DNA from: Candidatus Beckwithbacteria bacterium GW2011_GWC1_49_16
GTDB taxonomy: Bacteria; Patescibacteriota; Microgenomatia; UBA1400; CG1-02-47-37
Direction: 5' to 3'
NCBI GenBank assembly: GCA_001029675.1
Contig: CP011210.1
Location: 645,663 to 709,662 of the forward strand
DNA length: 64,000 nucleotides
Under the pieces are notes generated by a model. That model ran no database searches, was not told the DNA's origin, and was given only the letters and a program-made list of their open reading frames with translations. Shown piece after piece: positions 1 to 9,533 of the stretch. The stretch's first letter is position 1; each line of letters opens with the position of its first letter. Position numbers and translations under genes: made by a program.

Positions 1-430
1 AAAACTAGTTACGGAAATCGCCCAAAAGTTTGGAGCTCAATGCATGGTGGCTTCTTTGGAAGTACAAAAAAAATCTGACGGCAGCTACGAGGTTTATACC
101 GACTCGGGTAGGACCCCGACCGGAATTGACCCAATCCAGTGGGCAAAGCGGGTGGAAAAACTAGGGGCCGGAGAAATTCTTTTGACTTTTATCCATCAAG
201 ACGGAACTTATCAAGGCTATGATGTTTCTTTGTTGAAAAAAATCGCCCCCACAGTGGGCGTACCGGTGATTGCCAGTGGTGGGGCAGGAAAACTAGCTCA
301 CCTGACGGATGCGGTCAAATCCGGCAAGGCTGACGCTGTGGCGGTAGCATCGATGTTACACTTTAAAAAAACCACTATTGGTAAAATAAAAAGTTATTTA
401 AAAAAGTCAGGGGTTTTAGTACGAAAATGA
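1..430 (+). CDS. HisF-like cyclase subunit (imidazole glycerol phosphate synthase family), 5' partial. In this context it is probably the WbuZ-like partner of a sugar amidotransferase.
   Basis: The translation (…GAGEILLT…IPVIASGGAG…) matches the HisF C-terminal half. The frame is open back to window position 1, so the gene starts upstream of the window. Confidence 0.8.
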   Translation, partial: KLVTEIAQKFGAQCMVASLEVQKKSDGSYEVYTDSGRTPTGIDPIQWAKRVEKLGAGEILLTFIHQDGTYQGYDVSLLKKIAPTVGVPVIASGGAGKLAHLTDAVKSGKADAVAVASMLHFKKTTIGKIKSYLKKSGVLVRK

Positions 431-1038
431 AAATAGCGGTGATTGACTATGGGGCGGGCAATTTATTTAGCGTCAGAAGGGCTTTGGAGGCAGTGGGGGC
501 AAAGTTTGAAATAACTGAGTCTGCTGCCAAGTTAACCCAGGCTGAAAAGTTGATCCTGCCGGGAGTAGGGGCGTTTGCCGATGGGATGCGGGGTTTAAAA
601 AAAAGAAGGCTGGTCAAACCGATTAGAAACGAGGTTAAAAAGGGAAAGCCCATTTTAGGGATTTGCTTGGGGCTGCAACTTTTAATGGAGGAGGGCTTCG
701 AGTTTGGTAAACATGAAGGCTTGGGACTAATCGAAGGCAAAACAGATAAAATTATCACTTCAGAAAAACTGCCCCAGATTGGCTGGAATCAAATTAAAAA
801 ACAGCACGACAGCTTACTCCTTAAAGGCGTTGCCGATAAAGAGTTTTTTTATTTTGTTCACTCGTTCGTGATTAGACCAAAGAAGAAACCTGTGGTCGCG
901 GCTACGACTAACTATGGCGGAGACGAATTTTGCAGTGTGGTTAACTTTAAGAATATTTATGGCACTCAGTTCCATCCGGAAAAAAGCGGAACCGAAGGAT
1001 TAAAAATCTACCAAAACTTTAAAAATATCAAACTTTAA
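427..1038 (+). CDS. HisH-like class I glutamine amidotransferase subunit (WbuY-like).
   Basis: The N-terminus MKIAVIDYGAGNLFSV is typical of HisH. The GATase motif ILGICLGLQLL supplies the Cys nucleophile. The start overlaps the hisF stop in an ATGA junction. Confidence 0.85.
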   Translation: MKIAVIDYGAGNLFSVRRALEAVGAKFEITESAAKLTQAEKLILPGVGAFADGMRGLKKRRLVKPIRNEVKKGKPILGICLGLQLLMEEGFEFGKHEGLGLIEGKTDKIITSEKLPQIGWNQIKKQHDSLLLKGVADKEFFYFVHSFVIRPKKKPVVAATTNYGGDEFCSVVNFKNIYGTQFHPEKSGTEGLKIYQNFKNIKL

Positions 1039-2241
1039 CTAGGAAACAACGTGTTTTAGGTGCCATTTGCCTTTGATTTTTTCCCAAAGATGAGGCAGGC
1101 GGTAACGGTCGATGATTTTCCAAAAATGCGGTTCAGTAATATCAAGATATTCTAAAAATTCTTTAAAATATTTTTTGGGAAATTCACCGTCGTAGCGGCG
1201 GACTAAGGCCACTCCTTCTTCTCGGGTGATGTGCCGGCTTCTGATCTCCATCTGGGCATCGCGAGAAGCCCGACCCAAACCAAATTTAATGTAGCTGAGA
1301 TAAAAGTGAAAGCCGTCGGTTTTGTCGTCAAGGCTGGAGTATTTAGTATAGGTGCCTTCAGACCGGCCATCGGGGTTGGCCTCAAAATTGGTGTATTTGG
1401 TGGCGTAATAAAAATTCTCCTGGGGAATCCATTTGTGGTAATAAGAAAACCAATGCATTTGAATGCCTAACTGGTTAATTTTTGCCAACGACGGTGGCCG
1501 ATACAGAGCAAACGTTTCCGGCTCGATTTCGCTCTTTCTGAATATGCCCGTTTGGAGTCCGGCTTTAATCAAAGCCTCGACTCCGACGCCTTTAAAATAC
1601 AGCTCTTCCCAGTCTTTGACTGATTCAAAGGGCACGTTTTTGTTTTTGACCGAACCGCCGTACTCGACTTCACCGTTCTCACCATAAACAATGAGCGGAA
1701 TGCCAAACTTTAGGGCGACATGAAAAGCGTAGGCTTTCTGACCGAAAGTAAACGGCTCCCAAGCGTCTCCTTTCAATTCAAAAGCCACTCTTGAGAGCTT
1801 GCGGTGTAAGTGGCCATCGGGGTTAAAAAAAAGGTTATCAAAACCGGCAGCCACAAAGTTATTATAATTTTTCCAACCGATGTCCGTGTAGATAAAAGGC
1901 GTCCAGGTGACAGTCAAAGGATGCATGCCGTAGCGGCTTTTTAGCTGATGGGAAACATAGGCGCTGTCTTTGCCGCCGGAAACTGGTACCACCACATCCC
2001 AGCGCCCGTCTTTAGATCGATGCTTGTCTAAAAGTTTAACCAGCTCATGTTCCCTTTGCCGCCAGTCGATCTGATAATGCTTTTCCTCGTGATAACGACA
2101 GGCGCTGCAGATGCCCGCTTTATCGAAGGTAATTCTGGGCCTTTGATTGGACACAACACACCGTTTACAAAAAATAACCTTTTTGGGTAGTTTGGCTAAT
2201 TGCTTGTCCAGTATTTTGGGCTTTTTATTAACGACAGTCAT
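1039..2241 (-). CDS. N-acetyl sugar amidotransferase (PP-loop ATPase of the WbuX/WbpG/PseA family).
   Basis: It has an N-terminal CxxC…CxxC zinc ribbon (CKRCVV…CSAC). It has the PP-loop SGGKDS, and its length of about 400 aa fits the family. It sits adjacent to the HisH/HisF paralogs. Confidence 0.8.
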   Translation of the reverse strand: MTVVNKKPKILDKQLAKLPKKVIFCKRCVVSNQRPRITFDKAGICSACRYHEEKHYQIDWRQREHELVKLLDKHRSKDGRWDVVVPVSGGKDSAYVSHQLKSRYGMHPLTVTWTPFIYTDIGWKNYNNFVAAGFDNLFFNPDGHLHRKLSRVAFELKGDAWEPFTFGQKAYAFHVALKFGIPLIVYGENGEVEYGGSVKNKNVPFESVKDWEELYFKGVGVEALIKAGLQTGIFRKSEIEPETFALYRPPSLAKINQLGIQMHWFSYYHKWIPQENFYYATKYTNFEANPDGRSEGTYTKYSSLDDKTDGFHFYLSYIKFGLGRASRDAQMEIRSRHITREEGVALVRRYDGEFPKKYFKEFLEYLDITEPHFWKIIDRYRLPHLWEKIKGKWHLKHVVS

Positions 2242-2951
2242 AGATTTAGCCGCAGTTTTACGGCTGTAATTAAATAGTCTATCATCATTTTTAAGAGCCT
2301 GCTTTTGCTTTGACCGTAACGGCGCTGGCCATAGACCACGGGCACCTCGGCAAGCCTGAATCCGGCCTGGTGAGCCCGGTACAACAGGCGAATGCAGTAC
2401 TCGCCATAACCAAGAAAAATACTTGTTAGGTCAGTGCTTTTAAGAATTTCTTTTTTAAAAGCAATAAACCCCGATAAGCTTTCGTGTACCGGTAGACCTA
2501 AGATTATCCGGTTGACCAGCCGGTTGCCCCACTTTGATCCTAGAAACTGAATGGTACCGGCCTCTGACGCGTGCATGCCCCCACCGGCCACATAGCGTGA
2601 ACCAATCACTAGGTCTGCTTTGTCCTTAATAATGGGAGTTAAAAGTCTAGGGATGTCTTTGGGCTGGTGATTAAAGTCGGTATCCATAATTACAAAAATA
2701 TCGGCATGGGTACGCTGGAGGCCGTAAAGAATGGCGGTAGCCAGTCCCCTCTTTTTCCTGACGAAAAGTTTGACGGCAAGTTTTTTGGTCAAAGGCTTGA
2801 CTATAGCCGCAGTGCCGTCAGGGCTGTTGTCATCGACGACGATAACTTGCGTTTGAAGCCCCAATGGTTTCAAGGCTTTGAGGATGGCTTTAATTAGCTT
2901 AACTATGTTGCCGGCTTCGTTATAGGTGGGAAGAATAACCGTTAGTTTCAT
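2238..2951 (-). CDS. GT2 glycosyltransferase, Dpm1/ArnC-like polyprenyl-phosphate sugar synthase.
   Basis: N-terminal LTVILPTYNEAGNI. It has the GT-A motifs VVDDNSPDGT and DTD. Its length of about 240 aa is typical of Dpm1. Confidence 0.8.
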   Translation of the reverse strand: MKLTVILPTYNEAGNIVKLIKAILKALKPLGLQTQVIVVDDNSPDGTAAIVKPLTKKLAVKLFVRKKRGLATAILYGLQRTHADIFVIMDTDFNHQPKDIPRLLTPIIKDKADLVIGSRYVAGGGMHASEAGTIQFLGSKWGNRLVNRIILGLPVHESLSGFIAFKKEILKSTDLTSIFLGYGEYCIRLLYRAHQAGFRLAEVPVVYGQRRYGQSKSRLLKMMIDYLITAVKLRLNL

Positions 2952-2959
2952 TAATTAAA

Positions 2960-4330
2960 TTAGAACCAATCAAAGTGTAAATTAGATAAAATGGATAGGG
3001 ATACCATTGCCGCCAGAGTCAAAGCGATAATTTTGCTTCTCTGGCTGATCGTGATCAAGAACTTGGTGCCAAAGTAAATCAAAACCGGAATGGCGTATAA
3101 GATATAAGACGCTTTAATATTATCTCCTTTGTAAGTATTGGGAAAGTAAATACCAGTGAAGAAAAAGGTGAGAAAGGCAACGATGAAAAATAAAGTTAAA
3201 AAATTCTCTGCCAAGACGGCCTTGCTTTCAACCCCTCTTTTGGCCAAACTGACGATTAATTGTTTTACCGCTATCAACATGCCCGCGATTAATACAATTG
3301 TGGGAATAACATTAATCCGATTTTGCCAAGCCAAAAGGACCAATCGTTCTTTAGAGATTTTTTCCCGGTTGGGGCTTTGGGAAAAATAAATCTCTTCTTC
3401 GGATGACAAAGGATAGCGACGATGCTGGTAATAATTCCAGTAGTCGCCCCAAAAAGTGGAATAAAAAATGGGTATGAATCGATTGGGGAAATTTGGCCGA
3501 ACAGGAATCTGCAACATAGTTTTAAAAAAAGTATCAGTATAAAAATTTCTTGGCTGTCTTTGCCATAACGGCACGCCCCTATACATAGACACATTTTCGC
3601 CGCTATCAAAAACTCCCTGATCCCGGTAATGAAAGTAATACTGCGCCCCTGTAACCAAAGCCACCACGGTAAAAATCAAGTTCAACCAAAGCATTTTTTT
3701 AAAAGACACCTTTTTAAACCAGCTTAAAAGAATCATTATTAAGCCTAGGCTCAATAATAAAGAACCAGTCATAATCCGAAAAGAAAAAATAATGCCGCCT
3801 AGTATTCCCAGTAGAAATGCTTTTGCAGGAGTTGGTTTCTTGAGCACAAATTTAACCAGGTACCAAACAATCACTGACCCAAGGATCAACGAAGGAGTCT
3901 CGATGTTGTACATCGGCGCCATTTTGTTGATAACAGGCAGAGATAACAACCAAATTAAAAAGAAAAGAGCCCAGTTTTTGTATTCAGGGTTTAGGTGTTT
4001 AAAAATATCAAACCACAACCAACCGACCACAGGCATGAACAAGGCCACTAGCAACTGCCAGCTTTTAAGCGAATCTATCAAATTGTAATTAAAAAGAGGT
4101 TGAACCGCTTGAGCTAGTTTACCGGATAAAAAATAAAATGTCGGCGGGTTATAAGATTCGGGAGTGTCTTTTTTGGTAGGGATTCTCTCCTCAAAGATAA
4201 GAATTCGGGTATACTCCTGGTGAATGCCGGCGTCGTAACCCCGCCGCACCGGATAGTACCAAGAGTTATGAAGAAACAGAAGTAAAAAACCCACCAAAAT
4301 TGTTAATAAAGTGAGTTTAAATTTTTTCAT
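2960..4330 (-). CDS. Polytopic membrane glycosyltransferase, ArnT/PMT-like (GT-C, PMT_2-type).
   Basis: There is an N-terminal TM helix. The first loop (GYDAGIHQEYTRIL…PESYNPPTFYF) resembles the ArnT motif DE.RYAEI…KPPL.YW. The protein is strongly hydrophobic throughout. It is a paralog of 5120..6487. Confidence 0.6.
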   Translation of the reverse strand: MKKFKLTLLTILVGFLLLFLHNSWYYPVRRGYDAGIHQEYTRILIFEERIPTKKDTPESYNPPTFYFLSGKLAQAVQPLFNYNLIDSLKSWQLLVALFMPVVGWLWFDIFKHLNPEYKNWALFFLIWLLSLPVINKMAPMYNIETPSLILGSVIVWYLVKFVLKKPTPAKAFLLGILGGIIFSFRIMTGSLLLSLGLIMILLSWFKKVSFKKMLWLNLIFTVVALVTGAQYYFHYRDQGVFDSGENVSMYRGVPLWQRQPRNFYTDTFFKTMLQIPVRPNFPNRFIPIFYSTFWGDYWNYYQHRRYPLSSEEEIYFSQSPNREKISKERLVLLAWQNRINVIPTIVLIAGMLIAVKQLIVSLAKRGVESKAVLAENFLTLFFIVAFLTFFFTGIYFPNTYKGDNIKASYILYAIPVLIYFGTKFLITISQRSKIIALTLAAMVSLSILSNLHFDWF

Positions 4331-4336
4331 AATCGA

Positions 4337-5083
4337 TTAATCATTATCTCGAGTTATTATAGTCTTGGGTACATTTATTTTGAAAGAGGCCGTCGTCTTT
4401 TCCGAACAATACTCACAAGTAACAGTTGGTACTCTGAATTTTTTATCGATTTTGACAGGAATGCCGAAGTTAAGATTCCTTAACCCGAAAAAAATATCAT
4501 ATTTAAGGTACTGGTAACTTATTTTTCTACCAATCATTCTTTCGACAAAGGACTTAAACAAAAAAGAAAAGTGGTCGATAAAAAAAAGATAGACATTCAC
4601 TGACAACCTGGTGGCAATTTTGCTGACCAGTTGAATTAATAAACCTTTATTTTTTTGAAATAAAACCAGCATAATTCCATCTGGCTTAGTTACTCTTGCA
4701 AATTCTTTCATTGCTTTCTTAACCCCTTTAGGGTTTAGATAGTTGATGGTTCCAAGGCAAAAGACAATATCAAAAAAACGATCAGGGAACATTTTTAAAT
4801 TAGTAATGTCGCCTTGATAAAACTTCATTTTCTTACTCTTTCCTTTGAGCCTTTTCTTAGCGACCTGTATACATCGACTGCTTAAATCAATACCGATGAT
4901 TTTTCGGGCCCCCATTTCTACTAATGCCTGTGAGTACTCTCCTACTCTACAACCAGCATCAAGGATAACTTTATTTTTGATTTCAGCTTTATCAAAATAA
5001 TGACGCAGCATTTTTTTCACCTCGGAGGCTTGATGTGAATAAGCCAGTGTTCGATCAAACATTTCGCCAATTACTGATTCCAT
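4337..5083 (-). CDS. Class I SAM-dependent methyltransferase.
   Basis: Motif I is VILDAGCRVGEY. The post-I acidic residue is GIDLS. The DIVFCLG motif is present. Confidence 0.75.
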   Translation of the reverse strand: MESVIGEMFDRTLAYSHQASEVKKMLRHYFDKAEIKNKVILDAGCRVGEYSQALVEMGARKIIGIDLSSRCIQVAKKRLKGKSKKMKFYQGDITNLKMFPDRFFDIVFCLGTINYLNPKGVKKAMKEFARVTKPDGIMLVLFQKNKGLLIQLVSKIATRLSVNVYLFFIDHFSFLFKSFVERMIGRKISYQYLKYDIFFGLRNLNFGIPVKIDKKFRVPTVTCEYCSEKTTASFKINVPKTIITRDND

Positions 5084-5119
5084 ACTTAACTTTCTAATTC
5101 AATTCTCTAATGCTATCAT

Positions 5120-6487
5120 ATGGCTACCTCTATGCTCAATCTCGGGAAAAGGAAACATAAGTTGGGGCTGATAACTTTGTTGGGTTTGTTTGCATTTCTA
5201 TTTCTCCACAATGCCTGGCTCTATTCTCCATTTGGTGGCTACGACAAAAGCCTTCATATGGCTTATGCTAAAATCCTCACCTTTGAACACAGAATTCCTA
5301 CGTACGAGGAAACTCCAGAGTCTTATAACCCACCAACTTTTTATTTTATGTCCGGCAAACTAGCTCAGGTATTTACCCCTGTTTTTAGGGATGATTTTTT
5401 TGAGGCTTTGAAATCTTGGCAAATATTAATGGCTCTGTTGGTTCCACTAGCCGGGTGGTTCTGGTTTGATATTTTTAAGCGTTTAAATAAAGATAAATAC
5501 TCCGGTTGGCTTTTTTTAATCTGGCTCTTGTCCCTCCCGGTGCTAAACAAAATGGTTCCCATGTACAACCTGGAAATTCCCCAATTTATTTTTACTTCTT
5601 TTTTAGTTTGGTTTTTTACCAAACAGGTACTTCCCAAGCCGACCCTAGGCAAAATAGTCGTGCTGGGAGTGTTTTCCGGTATGATTCTTTCTTTAAGACT
5701 CATGTCTGTGACTTTAATAGTTAGCCTTGGCTTGGCGTTAATTTTTACTGACTTAGTTAAAAGAGCTGACCCTAAACTCATAGCGGCGCACTTTTTGATT
5801 TTTGCTTTGATAACATTACTGCTCGGCGGTCAGTACTACTTCTTTTACCGGGACGAGGGTGCCTTAGGAGATAAGGTGGAACGCCGCACATATCTTCCTT
5901 TATGGCAAAGACAGCCCTCGACATTTTATACTGGTGTTTTCCCCAGGTTGCTCTTTACCAGGCCGGTTCGTCCTTATTTCCCTAACAGCTTTATTCCCAT
6001 CTTCTATTCTGATTTTTGGGGTGACTATTGGAATTATTATCCTCAAAGAAGATTTGGGTTTACTATAGACGATTTAAGAAAGAGCCGGCTGTTTATCACC
6101 CCGGAAAGAATCAGTCGTTTAGCTTGGCAGAACCGAGTAAACCTTATACCTACGATCATAATTATCCTGGGGGTGCTTCGAGCTATAACTTACACGATAA
6201 AAAGCATCATTGATAAAAAGCTAACCCACAAAAACTTAGCAGAAGTTTTTTTGACCCTACTTTTTGTAATTACTTTTGTAGCTTTTGGATACATCAACTT
6301 AAAGTTTGCTAACACGTATAAAGGTGATACTATTAAAGCTTCATACATTCTCTACGCCATTCCTGTCTTAATTTATTTCGCCACTCAATTTGTAACTAGT
6401 TTAAAAAAACATAAACTGATATATTTTTCTGTAATGACCCTAATCTTGACTTCAATTATATTTAATCTTGAATTTAACTTTTTCTAA
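5120..6487 (+). CDS. Polytopic membrane glycosyltransferase, ArnT/PMT-like (GT-C).
   Basis: It is a paralog of 2960..4330 (GGYDKSLHMAYAKIL…PESYNPPTFYF, PLWQRQP, FWGDYWNYY). It has multiple TM segments. Confidence 0.6.
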   Translation: MATSMLNLGKRKHKLGLITLLGLFAFLFLHNAWLYSPFGGYDKSLHMAYAKILTFEHRIPTYEETPESYNPPTFYFMSGKLAQVFTPVFRDDFFEALKSWQILMALLVPLAGWFWFDIFKRLNKDKYSGWLFLIWLLSLPVLNKMVPMYNLEIPQFIFTSFLVWFFTKQVLPKPTLGKIVVLGVFSGMILSLRLMSVTLIVSLGLALIFTDLVKRADPKLIAAHFLIFALITLLLGGQYYFFYRDEGALGDKVERRTYLPLWQRQPSTFYTGVFPRLLFTRPVRPYFPNSFIPIFYSDFWGDYWNYYPQRRFGFTIDDLRKSRLFITPERISRLAWQNRVNLIPTIIIILGVLRAITYTIKSIIDKKLTHKNLAEVFLTLLFVITFVAFGYINLKFANTYKGDTIKASYILYAIPVLIYFATQFVTSLKKHKLIYFSVMTLILTSIIFNLEFNFF

Positions 6488-6491
6488 TTAG

Positions 6492-7166
6492 ATGTCTGTT
6501 CTATCAGATAAGCAAGCCGCCAAATTGATGTATGCCATCGACTCAATGGACGAATATTATCGACGGGAAATTTTAGGTATTCCTTCCCGGATTAGAGTGA
6601 AAAAAATCTTAGACGAGTTGGGCAACATCAAGAATAAAAAGATTTTGGATGTTGGGTGTGAAGCCGGATACATTACCTTGCAGCTGGCAGAAAAGGGTGC
6701 CTGGGTCACCGGCGTTGATTTGATCACTGAACCTCTGGAAAAGTTTAAGGAGATTTTAACCATTAAACCTAAAGGAGTTCAAAAAAGAATCAAAGTCCAA
6801 AAGGCTGATGCCCGTAAGCTACCCTTCAAGAAACATCAGTTTGATTACGTTGTCGCCGCTGAGGTAATTGAGCATATTCGGCAGCTGTCCGGGTTTGTCA
6901 ACGGCGCTTGGCGTGCGCTTAAACCTGAAGGGCGATTATTGCTTACCTTTCCCCACGAATCACTCCGGCGCAGATTTTACCCCCTGCTACCTCTTTTTGG
7001 CGTTAACGCTAACATTGAAAGCCAAGTAACTCTGAAGGAGTACTCTCCTGAAAAGATAAAAGAAATATTTTCCAAGAAATTCATTCTGATAAAAAAGTAC
7101 CGTCTTCCTTGGTGGCTGCCGATTACCAACTTAATGATTTTTAAACCGAAGCGACTGAAGAAATAA
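6492..7166 (+). CDS. Class I SAM-dependent methyltransferase.
   Basis: It has the ILDVGCEAGY glycine-rich motif, the GVDL motif, and FDYVVAAEVIEHI. Confidence 0.75.
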   Translation: MSVLSDKQAAKLMYAIDSMDEYYRREILGIPSRIRVKKILDELGNIKNKKILDVGCEAGYITLQLAEKGAWVTGVDLITEPLEKFKEILTIKPKGVQKRIKVQKADARKLPFKKHQFDYVVAAEVIEHIRQLSGFVNGAWRALKPEGRLLLTFPHESLRRRFYPLLPLFGVNANIESQVTLKEYSPEKIKEIFSKKFILIKKYRLPWWLPITNLMIFKPKRLKK

Positions 7167-8253
7167 TTTCTGCAATCAAGTCAACTTGGGAAGGCTTGAG
7201 ATCGGCAAAAGTGGGTAAATTGATGCCGGCGGCGGCGATTTTGCAGGTGACGGGATAGTTTTTGGTCCGGTTTTGTTTCTTGTAGGGAGGAAGCTCTGGC
7301 AAGGGATAGAAAAAGGGGCGGGATTCGATGCCTTTTTTAGCCAGGTGTTTGATCAACCAATCGCGGCTGTGGCCGAATTTTTTCTGGTCGACCAGAATAG
7401 AAAACATCCACCAATTGGTTTGGGCAAACTTTTGTTCTTTTTGAAAAGAAATGCCTGGTGTATCTTTTAGCAGCTGACGATAACGGTCGGCGATGCGGCG
7501 CTTGTTTCTGACAAATGATTTCAGGCGGCGGAGTTGGCCGATGCCGACGGCAGCCTGGAGGTTGGTCATGGCGTAGTTATAGCCGATTACCGGGTGAAAA
7601 TAGGGGTGGATTTTGATGTTTTTGCCCTGGTCGCGGTAGAGCTTGGCGGTGTCATAAATTTTTTTGGAGCCGGTCACCAGCATGCCCCCTTCACCGGTGG
7701 TAACGATCTTGTTGCCGAAAAAACTGAAAGTGGCCACATCAGCTTGGGAGCCGACGGGCCGGCCGCGGTATTTGGACCCCAAGGACTCGGCTGAGTCAGA
7801 GATAAAGGCAAGTTTGTGCTTGCGGCAAAGTTTTTTGACGGCGGTAAAGTCGACCGGATGGCCGTAAAGGTCAACGGTCATGATGGCTCGAGTCTTTTTG
7901 GTGATAACCGCCTCAACTTTACCTAAGTCCAGATTCCAGGTGTCGGGTTCAATGTCGACAAAGACCGGCTTGGCGCCGGTGTAGGTGACGGCGTTGGCTG
8001 AAGCGACAAAAGTTAAGGCCGGAACAATGACTTCGTCGCCCTCGCCGACTCCGGCGGTAATTAGGGCTAAATGGAGGGCGACGGTACCATTGGCCACCGG
8101 CAGGGCATAGTTGACGCCGACGGCCCGGGCAAACTCTCGGGCAAACTGTTCGACAAAGCTGCCGATGGAAGAGATCCAGCCGGTGTCCATGGCTTTTTTG
8201 ACCAGTTTTTTCTCGACCGGACCAAAGCTTGGTTTGGCTAAAGGGATAAACAT
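7141..8253 (-). CDS. DegT/DnrJ/EryC1/StrS-family PLP-dependent sugar aminotransferase.
   Basis: N-terminal IPLAKPSFG. It has the GTVALHLAL and FSFFGNKIVTTGEGGM motifs, the latter supplying the PLP-lysine. Length is about 370 aa. Confidence 0.85.
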   Translation of the reverse strand: MFIPLAKPSFGPVEKKLVKKAMDTGWISSIGSFVEQFAREFARAVGVNYALPVANGTVALHLALITAGVGEGDEVIVPALTFVASANAVTYTGAKPVFVDIEPDTWNLDLGKVEAVITKKTRAIMTVDLYGHPVDFTAVKKLCRKHKLAFISDSAESLGSKYRGRPVGSQADVATFSFFGNKIVTTGEGGMLVTGSKKIYDTAKLYRDQGKNIKIHPYFHPVIGYNYAMTNLQAAVGIGQLRRLKSFVRNKRRIADRYRQLLKDTPGISFQKEQKFAQTNWWMFSILVDQKKFGHSRDWLIKHLAKKGIESRPFFYPLPELPPYKKQNRTKNYPVTCKIAAAGINLPTFADLKPSQVDLIAEIISSVASV

Positions 8254-9533
8254 TAAGCTAATTTTAGCAGAGACTTAAAGTACTTGATATCCTGGCGGTT
8301 TAACAGGCCAAAAAACTTTGGAGTTATTTTTAAACGGCTTTTGACCAGCCAGAGGTGCCAGAGGCCACCGATAAACCAGGAAGACGAGACGGCGATAACC
8401 GTACCCAAGGCGCCGTATTGGGGCACGAGCCAGAAACTCACTAAAACCACAATGGCCAAATCCGCCAGATTAACTAAAATCAAGGGTCGGTGGTTTTTAC
8501 TGGCAAACAAGAGCTGATCGTAGGGGGCGACTAACATCAACCAAAAGGTGGAGGCAAGCAGCAGGGAAAAAATGGGGGCGACGGGCAAAAACTCAACACC
8601 CAAAACAGTCTTGATAATAGTGTGGCGGAAAAGCCAGGCGGCCAAAAAAATAGGGGCAAAAAGGGTGGTTAAATATTTGCCGGCCAGATGGGTGTAGCGC
8701 TTGACCCCTTCGAGGTCTTTTTTACTAAAAAGGGCGGACATCTTAGGAAAGAAAAAAATCATCACCGCGCCGTAAAGAGTTTTTAAGAAACTCACCAGCT
8801 GAAAAGAGGCAGAAAAAAAGCCGACCTGATTGGCTGGGTGAAAGTGACGGAGGATGACCACCAGGCTGTTATCGTGAAAGTAAGACAAGGGAATAATGGC
8901 AAAAAAGGGCAGGCTATATTTGAAATATTTTTGGACCAGGTTGCGACTAAAATTTAAGGGTAAAAAGCGGCGAGCCAAAACCGCTGCCAAAATTAACAGA
9001 CCCAAGCCTTCGGCAACAAACGTCAGGCTGTAGCCGAAATTGTTTTTTAAGCTGACACCAAAAACAATTACCGCCGCCAGCCTTAGCAGTTTTCCAATAA
9101 ATCTGGCGAAGTTTTGAGACAATGACTCTCCTAGCCCCTCAAAGGTAATAAAAACGCTTTCAGCCAATCTCGTGGTTAGCTCATACGTCAGCATCAAAAA
9201 AAACAGGCCCTGGAAGGTAGCTTGTTTGAAAAGGGCAAAAATTAGGGCTATGATCACGGCGGCGAATAAGAGAAATAGTTTTAACCTTAAAAATGTGCCT
9301 AAAGTTTTTCCCGGTTTTTTGAGAATGGCGGTGAAATAGACTTGAGCCCGGGAAAAACCTAAATCGGAAAAAGCAAACACCAAGCCTAAAAGCCCGGTAA
9401 CGTAAGCGACGTTGCCCAAAACGCTGGGACCAAACAGTCGGGCAGATAAAGACAAGGTAAAAAAAGTGATTAAGCCGGAAAGAGAACTGGAGATAATTTG
9501 GATTAAGGCATTTTTGCCAATCATTTGCGGCAT
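8253..9533 (-). CDS. Wzx-like oligosaccharide flippase (MOP superfamily polysaccharide biosynthesis protein).
   Basis: It is about 426 aa, with about 12 predicted TM helices and a Wzx-like N-terminus. Confidence 0.65.
   Translation of the reverse strand: MPQMIGKNALIQIISSSLSGLITFFTLSLSARLFGPSVLGNVAYVTGLLGLVFAFSDLGFSRAQVYFTAILKKPGKTLGTFLRLKLFLLFAAVIIALIFALFKQATFQGLFFLMLTYELTTRLAESVFITFEGLGESLSQNFARFIGKLLRLAAVIVFGVSLKNNFGYSLTFVAEGLGLLILAAVLARRFLPLNFSRNLVQKYFKYSLPFFAIIPLSYFHDNSLVVILRHFHPANQVGFFSASFQLVSFLKTLYGAVMIFFFPKMSALFSKKDLEGVKRYTHLAGKYLTTLFAPIFLAAWLFRHTIIKTVLGVEFLPVAPIFSLLLASTFWLMLVAPYDQLLFASKNHRPLILVNLADLAIVVLVSFWLVPQYGALGTVIAVSSSWFIGGLWHLWLVKSRLKITPKFFGLLNRQDIKYFKSLLKLA

Noticed and set aside
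447-758. Numerous 60-200 aa ORFs in the track that lie antisense to, or out of frame within, the large genes. Examples are 447..758, 1203..1385, 5365..5781, 10476..10778, 18909..19559, 20289..20891, 21077..21472, 23780..24154 and 53001..53390.
   Set aside because: Each is wholly nested in a longer ORF with clear protein-family signatures. They have low-complexity or Ser/Pro/Arg-rich translations typical of spurious frames.
427-1038. Histidine biosynthesis operon (hisH and hisF).
   Set aside because: No other his genes are present. The order is HisF then HisH, followed directly by a sugar amidotransferase. That context matches WbuY/WbuZ-type paralogs rather than housekeeping enzymes.
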